Source of the DNA: Octopus bimaculoides
Taxonomy: Eukaryota
Assembly: GCF_001194135.2 (NCBI RefSeq)
Contig: NC_068988.1
Span: 37,922,824 to 37,986,823, forward strand
Direction: 5' to 3'
Length of the DNA stretch: 64,000 nucleotides
A program made the translations under genes and the position numbers. The first letter of the stretch is position 1. Each line of letters begins with the position of its first letter. This document shows positions 39,340-51,715 of this stretch, piece by piece. The notes under the pieces are model-generated. The model searched no databases. It was not told where the DNA came from and was given only the letters and a program-made list of their open reading frames with translations.

Positions 39340-39480
39340 TATGGGCAAATTGCAGCCTGCAGGACTTTCTAAATGGCATGCTTCACAAAAAATTACCTTG
39401 AATTTTTTTAGTAGTATGGTCTGCTTGATGATGTACCATGTCTCATGAGATGACTTCTTACAAAGAAATAGTCCATGTTA
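39340..39480 (-). repeat. Unclassified interspersed repeat; uninterrupted paralogue of the sequence flanking the solo LTR
   Basis: GGCATGCTTCACAAAAAATTACCTTGAATTTTTTTAGTAGTA...CCATGTCTCATG matches the reverse complement of 52860-52951 joined to 54064-54090. Confidence 0.7.
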
Positions 39481-39614
39481 GGCTTAAACCATAATGCTAC
39501 TAATTTTAGAGTTAATAATCTGATAATTTCTCATACTGAATGCCACATTCTTCAAGTGGTCTTTTGATACTAGCATGTTACTAATGGAATTTGTTTGAAG
39601 TATACCCTTATAGG

Positions 39615-40000
39615 TGTAGGAGTGGCTGTGTGGTAAGTAGCTTACTTACTAACCACATGGTTCTGGATTCAGTCCCACTGCGTGGCACCTTGGGCAAATG
39701 TCTTCTACTATAGCCTCGGGCCGACCAAAGCCTTGTGAGTGGATTTGGTAGATGGAAACTGAAAGAAGCCCGTCGTATATATGTATATATATATATGTGT
39801 GTGTGTTTGTCCCCCTAGCATTGCTTGACAACTGATGCTGGTGTGTTTATGTCCTGGTCACTTAGCAGTTTGGCAAAAGAGACCAATAGAATAAGTACTA
39901 GGCTTCTAAAGAATAAGTCCTGGTGTCGATTTGCTCGACTAAAGGTGGTGCTCCAGCATGGCCGCAGTCAAATGACTGAAACAAGTAAAAGAGTAAAAGA
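39615..40000 (+). mobile_element. Full-length, young copy of the microsatellite-containing SINE
   Basis: Complete head, central microsatellite and tail, with many CpGs retained. Further copies at ~40880-41370, 50850-50970, 55470-55680 (-) and 56840-57180. Confidence 0.85.
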
Positions 40001-43000
40001 GATATTCTATAGAAATTATAGCCAACATTAATTTTTGCTACTTTTCATATTGAGATGTCAGATGTAAACAAGCAATGAGTTGGAAGACAAAAATGGGTAA
40101 TGAATGTACATGCCATATTTAGGGGTTTTTTGCCCCTTCATCGACACCCATCTAATCCATTCTCGCTTCCGAACACATTGGTTATATAGCCACCGCAGAC
40201 AGTGGTGTTATGTTATTGGATATGCCAATTTACATATCAAATGCATTCCTGGAACTGGTACATAAATATTGATACTCTGTAAAGTGGTTGGCATTAGGGA
40301 GGGCATCCAGCTATTGAAACATTGCTAAAACAGTCTTGGAGTTCAGGCAGCTTTTCAGCTGGCCAGCTTCTGTCAAACTGTCCAACCCATGTCAGCATGG
40401 AAAACAGACTTTGAATGATGATGATGGTGATTTGTTTTGCATCCCTCTGGGATTAATAGATACCTGTGAATTATTGGCAAATGGGATGTGAGTAAATTAA
40501 TTGGCTATACTATCTCCTACAAAATTAGGTCTCATGTCAAGTTTTAATGAAGAAATCAATATTAGTAAACAAAAGAAAATACAAGAAAGGAATTACCAAT
40601 AATCTAGAAGAAAACGAGGGAGAGAAAGACTGATTGACTATATGTGCATGCGTTTTGAAAAATAAATTTTTCTTGAATTAATAATTTATTTATGTTGTAA
40701 CAGTTATCATTCAAAACATTTGGTAGCATTAATCCTTAAATCTTAGGAGTAAGGGTTTAAGAGATTTCTGTTGTCAAAGATCTGAGTGACTGCTTTTTTT
40801 GCAGGAATATAAAGTGGAACTTTAATCTTAATTAAGAAGAATGCTAAATATTACAAAAAAAAAAAAAAAAACCAGCGGAGAATATTTAAAAAAATTATTT
40901 TGTGTGGTAAAAAGAGTGCTTCCCAACCACATTGCTCTGGGTTCAGTTCCACTATGTGGCACCTTGGCCAAATGTCTTCTACTATATCTTGTGACTGACC
41001 AAAGCCTGGTTAGCGGGTATGGTACATGGAAATTGAAAGTAGCCCATTGTGTGTGTGTGTGTATATGTATGTATGTATCTATCTATCTCTATATCTGTCT
41101 ATATATATATATATATATATACATACACATACACTCACACACATGCATGTATGTATCTGTGTGTATCTATTATATAATTTTGTCCTCCACCACTGCTTGA
41201 CAACTGGTGTTGGTTTGCTTTCATCCTTGTAGCTGAGGGGTTTGGCAAAAGAGACCAATAGAATAAGTACCAAGCTTAAGAAAATAGGTACTGGAGTCAA
41301 TTTGTTCGACTAAACCTTTGAAGGTGGTGACCCAACATGGCCACAATCCAGTGATTGAAACAAATAAAAGATAGAAGATAAACATTTTCAAAATCTTAAT
41401 GATCGTTTTTCTTTCATAGGCATAAGATGAGAAATTTGGGAGGAGGTAACGGTTAATTGCATTCAACCCAGTATTTGATAATTCTAGAAGGATGAGGATT
41501 GACATCGGCAGAATTGAAACTTAGAATGTAAAATCTGTGACTAACTACTGCAAGGTATTTTGTTCAATGCTATAATGACTCTGGATAGTGGTGATAATGA
41601 TCTCTTGATGAAGTACAAAGCATAGGAAAGTGAGAAGATAGTCTTTGAATGAACCTTGGCTTTTATTGGTACTTACGTAATTGGCACCAGAGTGAGGCAA
41701 AGTAAAGGTCAGCATTGTGAGATGAAATTAGATGTCACAGCTGCTGTGCTTGGTTTGAATTCACCTTGCTCACTGTTGTAACTACCACCAAAAGCCTCAA
41801 TGTAATCATTTAAGTTGCTAGAAATGATAGCCAGTTATTCCTCAAATAATATGCTAATTATCTTGAAAAAAAATACGATGGTCATGTCTGGAATACATTT
41901 GGTCATGTCTTTTCAATCAAGGCTGACCAAGGCTAAACAAAAAATGTGTTCACTTTATCTTCTGTAATTAACAACTAAATTTCCCATAAATTACATGCTA
42001 AAATCTTAAATAAAAAAAAATAAAAAAAACGTCATTATGGTCAAGTTTGAAGCACCTTTAATTATAGGTCTGCTCAATCGTGGTTGATCTGGGGTTACAC
42101 AATAACATTTAAATACTACAAAGCATTTATGTTCCTGCCAAAATCACAGAAGATTTCTGTGAAACTAGATACAGTCAATTTCATAGATCCGAGTATTGAC
42201 TGTTGCTTATTTTATTGACCTTGGAAGAATGAAAAGTAAAGTTGACTTTGGCAGAATTCAAATTTAGAACGTTAAAGGATGTATCTAAAGACATTCATAG
42301 CAGAATTGTGGAAGAACATCATAGCCATGTGTTGAGAGGAATTCTTTGTAGTTTGAATAATTCACCTCTGGAAACATCCCTGAATTGTTTTGGATTTTGG
42401 CACAAAGCCAGCAATTTTAAGCCAAGGAATTTGTTAATGTTGATTGGCACTTGATTTTATTGACTCCAGAGAAATAAAAAATAAAATTTTAAAGTTAACC
42501 CTGGCAGGAATTCAACTTAGAACATAAAGAGCTGCATAGAATACTGCATGCTATTTTGGCTGATGTTTTAACAGTGAAAGTCATCATCTCAATCAAGGGA
42601 AGACAGGAAATTTACTAGGGGAGATGTAAATATTTCTTTATATTGGCTCATGTATGCATCAGATAGTTATTTTATCATCCCTGGGGTGATCAAAGGCAAA
42701 AATAGGCTCTGATGGTGTTTAATTAAATTTGGAATATTGTACCTATACACACCACATATATATATGTGTGGGTATGTATATGTATTCAGAAGTTGTTTTC
42801 CTACTATTTCTTTGACTTTCATGCTGTGGATGTTTGTCAGATGGTATGAAATTCTTCAAGTTTCTAGTGAATAAAATTAATGACCTCTACATGCTTGGAA
42901 TATTCAGATTCTTGTTGCAAAAGAAAATCAACACCATATGTCTGAAATTTTTATAAATGTGTATATAAAATACTGCGAGTCATTTTGTCTGATTCTGTGT

Positions 43001-43429
43001 GTGTGTGTGTGTGTGTATATATATACACACACACACAAATGTATTTATAAATATCTATGTGTATTTGTGTGTGCAATGTATACATGTATTTGTATATATG
43101 TATGTAATGGAAGGTGAACAGGGGTGTTGGTGAGCAATAATAAATATGAATGGGAGGACAATAAATGTGTGTCAATTGGGAGTAACTCAGGGGAGAGGGA
43201 GTAGTGACTGGCAGTATATAAATGATGATGTGAACTTGTTTGTAATAAACAAGTTCTAATTTCATTACTTAAAGCAGCAGAACAATACAGTTGATTGGAA
43301 AGTAATGGAGGGATGTATGATAGGTAGATGAAGGATGAGTTACAGGTTGCAAGAGTGTGGGGGAGAGTGGAAGATGAATAAAATAAGAATGGGAGTGGAC
43401 AATTGTATATGTGGGAGGGACACGCTGCG

Positions 43430-43925
43430 TATCTCCTGTTATGTTGGTCCTTTCTCATTTTCTCTGAGGCTCAAAATCCTGAGATCAGCTGTCATCACCT
43501 CCTCTCACATCTTCCTAGATCCCCCTTTTCTACAGCTTCTGTTTACTGTAAGTGATTGGTCTTTTTTTTTTGTACAGTTATCTTCATTGTTATATGTTGC
43601 ATGTTCAAACCAATTCAGTTTTTTCTCTTGCACATTATAACTATTTTCTCCTGTACCCAGTTTTTCTCTCTACATGTTTTTACTTTGCTATTCATGCACA
43701 CTGACACTGCACATTCAGTGAATCATGTTTGCTTCATTCCTTTCTAGTTTTTGCAGGTTCTCTGCATTCACAGACACATCTCACTACCATGAAGCATTGC
43801 AGTTCAAACACTGACCTCATACAGTCTTCCTTTCATTCTGAGACAAGTAGTAGCTCCTTGAACTTTCTCCACCCTGTTCTTAATGCTGGCAGCTATACTT
43901 TCAGAACATCCTCCACCTCTGCTAA
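43430..43925 (-). mobile_element. RTE LINE C-terminal fragment
   Basis: GGCSESIAASIKN..KGRLYE..AMLHGSE..LQKLERNEANM..KLNWFEHA motifs. Confidence 0.7.
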
Positions 43926-43929
43926 TTAG

Positions 43930-44009
<80 letters not shown>

Positions 44010-44011
44010 TA

Positions 44012-44064
<53 letters not shown>

Positions 44065-45602
44065 ATATGTAAATGGTTAGTGTTAGATTATTTAAACTTT
44101 GTCAGATAGTGTAATATCAACAGAAGGAAAACATTATTTCTTACAGCTTTATTTTCCTGTGAATTTGATGTTAATGTTGGTATACAGATGGCAGTAGTAG
44201 TCAGCAGTTTTATAGTGTAAGGGGAAATAACAATGACAAAGCTCATGTACCTTTGGTAATAACTGTCTGTTGTGGATGTTAGGAGCAAGTTGTTGGCTAG
44301 AAATAGGAAGACATGTGGCTCTTGAGAGCAAAAGTGACTGTCCCTTAATATTCCAGTTCATATTTATACACGTTGCAAAGCTGAATATAGTTGGAAAACA
44401 ATGGGTAGTAAAATAGCCTATCTATGTCAACCTGTATTTAACTCAAGAGTGTTCACTTAAACAATAGAACTTATCTGAGTTTGACGGTTGACCCTCAAAC
44501 TTGAGTACTAAAGTCAAGAACAGTACACACTGTTAAATGGTTGGCATTAGGAAGAGCATCCAGCCATAGAAACCATACCACAACAGACAATTGGAGTCTG
44601 CTAGCCATCTCCTTGTCAAACCGTCCAACCCATGCCAACATAGAGAGGGAACATTAAATGATGATACTTTTTTATTTTGTTTTAGAAATTTTCATGATGG
44701 GGATTGCCAAGTTATCTGTGATTCCATGAAGCAACTAATGATATAAGAAGTTTTGCAGACCCCTTGTTTAATACCCCATCCAGCATATCCTTCATCTTTG
44801 TTTTAGTGATAAGGTTTAATTTAAGGGATATTTAGCTGCTATTTCTGGTTAATCAAATGACTATGTAGAGACTCTTCCATGCATGCTTGAAGTAAGATTA
44901 GTTTCTTGTACTCTGTGTCTGATTATTGTTTCTTTGCACTATATTTTGATATCATGTTAGTGTAGTATTTACATTTATACATATAATGAAATCAGTGCTC
45001 TCATTGTGTTTGTTGCTAATATGCTTGGAGTAAGTATGAATGTCACACAGTCTCATTTCTCCACACTTTATAATCAGAAATCTTGCATGCAGTAAATCAA
45101 TATTTCTTAAGTGCATAGATAACAAGTCATGGTAGACTTATTGTTAGATATAATCTCCAGGAAATTTAAGCTTAAATTAAGAAATACAGGCACTGATAAA
45201 TTCTCTGTATTCTGTGTGACTGTTATTTATGGAATATTCTGATTTCTTTTATTCATTTCAAATTATTGCCATTGTATGTCAATTATAATGAAATCAGATT
45301 CAAGTCCTAGTTGAGCAAACAAAAGCAACAATTTTGATCTTAATTAATACACATTAATTATATTTATAGTAACACAATGACATCAATAGCTATTAGTACA
45401 TCACGCACAGACATTCAGTTGATGAGAGAACTTCTGCATGGTTGCTCCAGCTGCTAGAAAATAGCATCCAAGTCTCTCTTAAATCAAGGGCCCCAACAAT
45501 GGGGCTGTGGGTCATTTGGTACTAGGCTTCACAATAAAAATAAATTTAAAGATTTTATTTTATTGACTCTTGCAGTCTAGTGGGTTTTTTTCCTCGTTAT
45601 AT

Positions 45603-46400
45603 ACAAGGTGTGGTGAATAAACTGTCGTCTAAATTATGCAAAATGAAAATAACACTAACATCTCATTTTAACAGATATATTGACCAAGATTACATAGAAA
45701 TATCTTGAAATACTAATGAGTAAATTCATTCAATAAAATTGCTATTGGCTTCAACCAGATGATTTCAGAATCTCCAGCAACTCTTCTGGATGGTCTCCTT
45801 GTTTAAGTTGGTCAATGCTGCTATAATCCTTACCTTCAGTTCATCTTTGGTGTTACAAGGAGTTTTGTTGGTCTCTCGCTCCACTGCATCTCACACATAA
45901 TAATCAAAGGGGTTGCAGTGTGGGGAGTTAGGTGGCCAGATGTGAGGGGTGATGTGGTCACAGAAATTGTCTGACAGCCATGACTGGGTTCTCTTGCTTG
46001 TGTACCATGGTGGAGGGTCCTGTTGCCAGACATAGGGTCTTCCAGCATTCACCCTGTTGACCCAGGGTAGCACTATTGCCTCCAGGCACTTGATGTAGGC
46101 CTCCATGTTGAGTGTGAGGCCGTGTGGGAAGATGAATGGAGGCATAATGTTGCCATCACTAGTGATCACTCTAAACACAATGATGTTGACTGAATGTTTG
46201 ATTTTTATCACTCTCGGTACATGTCCTCAGATTGACACCCAAACACTCAGAAATGTTTGCATTGGAGCTTCCGGCATGAATGCCAAGCTTTACAGCATAT
46301 CGTTTCCAAATTTCTGGCAGAGCGAATTGCGTCACGGTACTGTTTTTCTCACAGATTGTAGAAACTTTCTGTTGTAATTGTATTTTGAACCCTTAACACT
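45603..46400 (-). mobile_element. Tc1/mariner maT (DD37D) transposase remnant
   Basis: ORF 45891-46211 reads YVWQQDPPPWYTSKRTQSWL...WPPNSPHCNPFDYYV, with exactly 37 residues between the two Asp. Continues as TKDELKVRI.. in another frame. Confidence 0.85.
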
Positions 46401-46595
46401 AGACATATAAAATATAACCCACTGGATTCCAACAAAGAAAAGAACTTGTAACTTGTTTTTCTTGAATAAGAGTTATATTATGACAATCAGCATTTATACA
46501 ACTGTCTGTTACACTAAAAACTTTAGCGAGAATTTGAACATGGAAGAGAGACTGACTGCCAAGGAAATGACTGGTTGAACGTAACGTTCACATAC

Positions 46596-46639
46596 TAAAA
46601 AACTATCGGTTGTCTTATTCCTAACATCTTCATCCATTT
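46596..46639 (-). other. Candidate first coding exon, MDEDVRNKTTDSFL
   Basis: Minus strand ATTTTCTTTCACAG|AA ATG GAT GAA...TTT TTA|GTATGT. It lies at the edge of a CpG-rich domain. No homology recognised. Confidence 0.3.
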
Positions 46640-47539
46640 CTGTGAAAGAAAATACATCTGGCAGACCACATTTCTGTAGTTATGCCCTAAATTTAATAAG
46701 CGAATGATTACTATTAAATGAATAAAGGATTCAGAGGAAAAATTAGACGGGACACATCAGAAAAATTACACACACTAGGAATGAAATGTGTAAATATCAC
46801 TTAACACCGAGCAGAAAACTGCCCGAAATCGTGTCTGCACCAGTTAATATTCAGATGTGTTTACCTATTTGTTTTCAGAAATAGGATTTTAAAATTTGTA
46901 TCTTACTATGCTGAGGACATATGATAAAATTATGAATATTGAATTAAACAAAAAATGCATATTCAGTATCGCGGTTTATTATTTAAGCTTTCCTCTGTGG
47001 TGATGTTTTGCATTTATAATAAAATAAATATATACAAATTATAAAAATAATAAAAAAACTATAGAGTACTGTTTCTGCTTCGCAGATTTTCACCTATCGC
47101 GATGGGGTTTGGAACGTAACACTCGCGTTAGTCGAGGGATTACTGTAATTAGTCGATTCACCGCTATTTCTTGTGGAACACTAGAATTCCGAGAATACCG
47201 GTTGGGAAACGCTGAATTAGACTACACTTCATTGATGAGGTTTAATAAAGTTGAGACATGGCAGGAGCTGTCAGTTACTGCTCATGGTCAGACTCATAAC
47301 TGCATTCCTTATTGAATTTTAAGCTTAGAATTCAAAAATTACCTTTCTCTGCTTCTTTATTTTTAAACATAGTTATTTAGAAAATTATTATTCTCATCTG
47401 AAGAAAATTGTGTTTATATAATTTTAATTTATTTGCAACTTCCTGACTTACGACTCGCCCCCGCCTCTAAAATTGTGTCTATAGTAGAAAGGTTTATTAT
47501 TCTTAGCTGTTGTTTTTAGAGCAGCCTTTCTTTTTCCAG

Positions 47540-47771
47540 GCACTGGAAATAGAGAAGTATCCGAATTGAGTTTGTGGTGTATAAAAGACGTTAGCTGCTG
47601 GATAATCGGTTAGAAAGATCGCCATTCACAATAGTTTGTAAGAAGGATGGCATAGTTTATACAAATAAATATTGGCTTTCAAACGGAGAAAGTCCTGCCT
47701 CTAACAATGAAGTATGGAAAGCTGTAGGTGATGATATGTCTCTCAATTTACTTCGTTTGGGGGAAAAGTCA
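47540..47771 (+). other. Candidate exon
   Basis: CTTTCTTTTTCCAG acceptor and TCA|GTAAGA donor. Stop-free frame from 47595 (LLDNRLERSPFTIVCKKDG...DDMSLNLLRLGEKS). Confidence 0.2.
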
Positions 47772-50399
47772 GTAAGACGAAGCACAAACGTAATTATTTA
47801 CACCTGGATTTGTCTTGCTGTTTTCCTAGCCTCAATATTTAAAAAATTTCCTCTAATACATTTTTAGCTCTGAAACTGCACTTCTCTCCGTCACTGTTTT
47901 CGCAGCGACACACGGAAACGAGGGGAAATTAAGAGTAATGGTGGAAACTATTTCAAATAAGCTTTTCGCATGTGTACTTTTACTTTCGATGTGGTATGAG
48001 TTAAAATGAAACAATAATGGGAAATGTACAAAAATAGCTCGGCTATCCTGGATGACCGAAACGAATAAGTTAATACTTCAAAATAGTTTTTTTTTTTCAG
48101 TGCCCCTCCTTTTTTAATAATAAAAATAACGATGACTTCTTTCCTTCTCTGAGTGTCTTATTAATACTTTGCATGCACCACGTCCTGGCGTTGTTGTTTT
48201 TTCTTGTCTTTTTTACTTCGCTATATATATATATATATATATATATATAGATTCAAAGTTGAATATGGTACTTATGCGTAGGCACCCGAATATCGTATCC
48301 CAAAAGGATAGGTGATCAAAATCAAAAAATATTCTTTATCCCACTTGGATTTGAAATGTTGCCACTTTTATAATATGTCTTTTCTACAGTAATTTTCTGC
48401 ATTTTCGTGCAGCTGAAGATTGCTCTTCATATTGCATTTAATGTAATGCTCGCATTATTTAAATAAATTGGAGTAGCATGNNNNNNNNNNNNNNNNNNNN
48501 NNNNNNNNNNNNNTATATATATATATATATATATATGAACATTGGGCAAGGCGAAACTGGATAAGTATTCTCTTAATGTCAACACAAATATCATCTTCGG
48601 GTTGCGTGTTGAGTTCTTTGTGCTTAGCAAAACAATAATCAGCATACACACATCTTCGCTCAATAATATATTCTTATATAGTATGAATTCGTATGTCCTT
48701 TGTAAGTCACGACGTTTTCCTTGTGTAAATATATAATTAATTCTTTGGAAAGGTACGAAGTCTCACACTCGGAGCGAAGATCTTGGAAGTCTTGGCATTC
48801 CTACATTTATTAAAACGGAGGAAAGCATTCGTAGATATATTCAAAAGCAATTCAATTACGACCTTTCTCTTCCTTTCTTTTTCTCGATACAATGTACCTG
48901 AGACTTTAACTATGTTTTCTTTCGTGTTTTTTTTTTTTATGACAGTAATGTATATTTTGAGGGAGATTCACTTTGCTGTTTGTAGCAAGTCGTGAGACTA
49001 CATAGTGCGTCCTTTCATTTGTTATCTAAAATGTGTCGTTGTTGCTACTGGGAACACAGTTTTAGTGATCTTTGGCTAGTTCCATATGAATACATTGAAA
49101 AATTGTTTAAATTTATCAAAACCTGTTGCTCTTTCTGTGTTTGGTTTGATCTCTAGAGACATAAATAATCCTCTTTTGTCTAACCGTTTAATAGCACAAT
49201 TAACGGTATCATTAAGCCGGTGGCTTTAATCCGGCTTAATTTGTCTATTTAAGCTAGGATTACATATTTTAAAAATTATTTTGTAATTGCTTTTGAAGTC
49301 TCTCTGTTGTCATCTGACTTGCTAGAAATACTAGCCAAATCGCCCTCATATCACACCATAGTACCATAACGAAGAAGAGTAGGATTGTATTGGAGAATGT
49401 AGTACGCAGTATATATTATCATGTCTTTCACAAAGACGAAGGATTGTCTTTCATGACTATTTGGCTCGGTCATTTCAGATCTGGCGCTAAACAATTTTGT
49501 TTCCTCTTTTTAATGCTCTTTCTTGTTGGTATATGTGAACGAGAGAATATTATATCTGTCGCTTTAACGGTGGGAGGGTAGTGGTTGTGAATGGTTATTA
49601 ATGGCGATAGTGATTTCGTTTGTGACACCAAGAAAAAATGTTGCTTTGGCTCAGGTCACCTCTATTTTGGTGTGTGTATATCAGAGTCTGCATTTCAATG
49701 TATCCTTGTTTATGTAAGGCAGTTGGGTGTGATTTAAGGGGGATTCGGGCACTATTTTTAGCAGATTAAGCAACTACTTATATTGGTGCGGTGGTGATAT
49801 TCAAAACGATGTTAATGATGATATCGGTGGTGGTGGTAGTAGTAGTAGTAGTAGTGTGTGTGTGTGTGTGTGTGTGTGAGTGTGTGAGTGTGAGTGAGTG
49901 AGTGAGTGGGACGCCTCCGTCAACATCGTCTCTAAATATACAAATGTATGACAACTCGGTTGGCTGAAGCGACAGCCGCCTCAAAGATGTGTTTTTCATC
50001 TCTTGCCCGCATTGTTGTTCTGACTCTTCCAGGCCAGATCTAATATAGCAGACTTATGGATCAAAGACTTTTCAATCGTAATTCAAGCGTCGTTTTAGTA
50101 ATGTTTAGGACTTAATCCTTCCTAATTTTAGATTGTAGTGTTTAACTAAGGAGATTCGGCTGCTATTTCTAGCTGTTCAGGCGACCACATAGAGCTGTGT
50201 TTAGCTCTTCCAGCACTGTTCCTCTACATGATCACAGAATCTGCTAGAAATAACTACCGAATTCTCTCAAACCATGGTTTTAAGTCTTTTTAAATAAAAA
50301 GGATGGAACTGCTTCGGACTAATAGTCAGTTTAGTGTCGTAAAATAAAGTAAAGTTGATTGCACTACAAGTGATGTTAGTGAAGTACCATAATTTCACA

Positions 50400-50740
50400 A
50401 ATACATGCATCGAAAATATCACCAGTGTAAGGTGGTATAAGAGGTATTGAGTGTTTGGTGCTGTAGAAAGGGGTACAGGAGAATGTTGCCTAGTTGAGAT
50501 CCTCGGTCGTATGTACGGAACAATTTGGCTCTTTATAACGCAATGGAATTTACCGAGGACGTTATTGATATCCGATAAGAAGGATTCTTATGTTTAAACT
50601 ACATATATACTTGTGAAATTGTGAGCCATTTTTAAAGTTTTGTTGATCCAATGATGAGAGCATCCATACTCAAGTCTATCGAAAGGCGGTGGACATTTGC
50701 CGAGAAAAAAAATCAGGTGACAATGCAAGACGATCGATGC
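50400..50740 (+). mobile_element. Merlin (IS1016/IS1595-like DDE) transposase remnant
   Basis: RKYH...VFGAVERGTGECCLVEILGR...QWNLPRTLLISD..SY...VSHF*SFVDPM...SIERRW matches Merlin KYHRG..WVFG..ER...ILPGT.I.SD...VNHS..FVDP.TG.HT..IE..W. Contains frameshifts and stops. Confidence 0.8.
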
Positions 50741-51079
50741 ACTATTAACATTGTATCTGTATGAGTATAAATAACAAAATAAGTTTTGAGACCGCGAGAA
50801 AGTTATATGTATACTTTATGCATACTTTTCATGTTATATGAATATAACATCGATAGAAAAAGTACCAGGCTTACAAAGAATAAGTCCTGGGGTCAATTTG
50901 CTCGACTAAAGGCGGTGCTCCAGCATGGCCACAGTCAAATGACTGAAACAAGTAAAAGAATAAAGAGTATAATGAAATGGGATTCCACTGTCATCACAGC
51001 AATCTTTTGGTATACTATATTTTCAGTTGCTCAATAAGATAATGTAAATAGTATAACGAATAGTTTAAGTATAGGCTAC

Positions 51080-51715
51080 TTTCTTCTATCATAGTTCGAC
51101 ATTTTCTCATGGCACCAGCAGATAAAATGGAAAAGGTGTTGCCCCAGAGAATAGCAAAGGAGATGCGCTGGAACAACCACTGACTTACGGTAGCTCGCAC
51201 TTGCGGACAACAATCTCCGCTGCAATAGCAGTGAGCAGGGATATGGTCCTGGAGCCATGGACGCCAGAGCTCTCAAATGTTACACACTTGAACATAAACC
51301 TGTCAGAGAGCGAGTGATACCATAACACTTTGTATTTCTCAGCCTGACGAGCAGCGGAGCCTGGGCTGGAGAAGGTGTCACAGCATCTAGAATCCCGGAT
51401 GAGGGGCCTACCGCATCGGAAAAATTGTTATACTGCCCGGCCTTTTACTGTCCCTTCGGCCTAGCCCTGCTGGCTCGAGCTGGGAAGGGAAGCTTGCGGC
51501 GTCTTGGCCCTGTTTTATGATCTTGTCAAGGGTGTCATGGCGTGGAAGGTGGTCAGGACTATGACGGCAGGACACTGTGGGTGGAGGCTAAAAATAATCC
51601 ACTGTGGATCTGCAGCGGCATTCACGAGGCTCGCAGATCTGGAGACCAAGCCTCAGAGAAACGCCAATGTTCAGGCAGTCACTATCTTCTGGTATTAGTA
51701 GATGACGTCATTTAC
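51080..51715 (-). mobile_element. C-terminus of a CRE-clade non-LTR retrotransposon (zinc knuckle plus restriction-like endonuclease)
   Basis: IGVSLRLGLQICEPRECRC...SCRH..PRHDTLDKIIK...LEPAGLGRRDSKRPGSITIFP...CCDTFS..AARQAEKYK..Y..LSDRFMF..VTFESSG...WLFQRISFAILWGN. Frameshifted. Confidence 0.8.

Noticed and set aside
40060-40215. Minus-strand peptide RWLYNQCV, reminiscent of a TnpB/Fanzor N-terminus
   Set aside because: An in-frame stop lies immediately upstream, the frame is only ~50 codons, and no RuvC or zinc-finger motifs follow; probably chance.
43524-43552. 12-nt microexon-like pattern CAG|CTTCTGTTTACT|GTAAGT
   Set aside because: It lies on the antisense strand of a recognisable RTE fossil, so it is probably coincidental.
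49211-49257. 10-bp hairpin followed by CTAG as a Helitron 3' end
   Set aside because: The base after CTAG is G rather than T, no 5' TC end or second copy was found, and a short hairpin alone is weak evidence.
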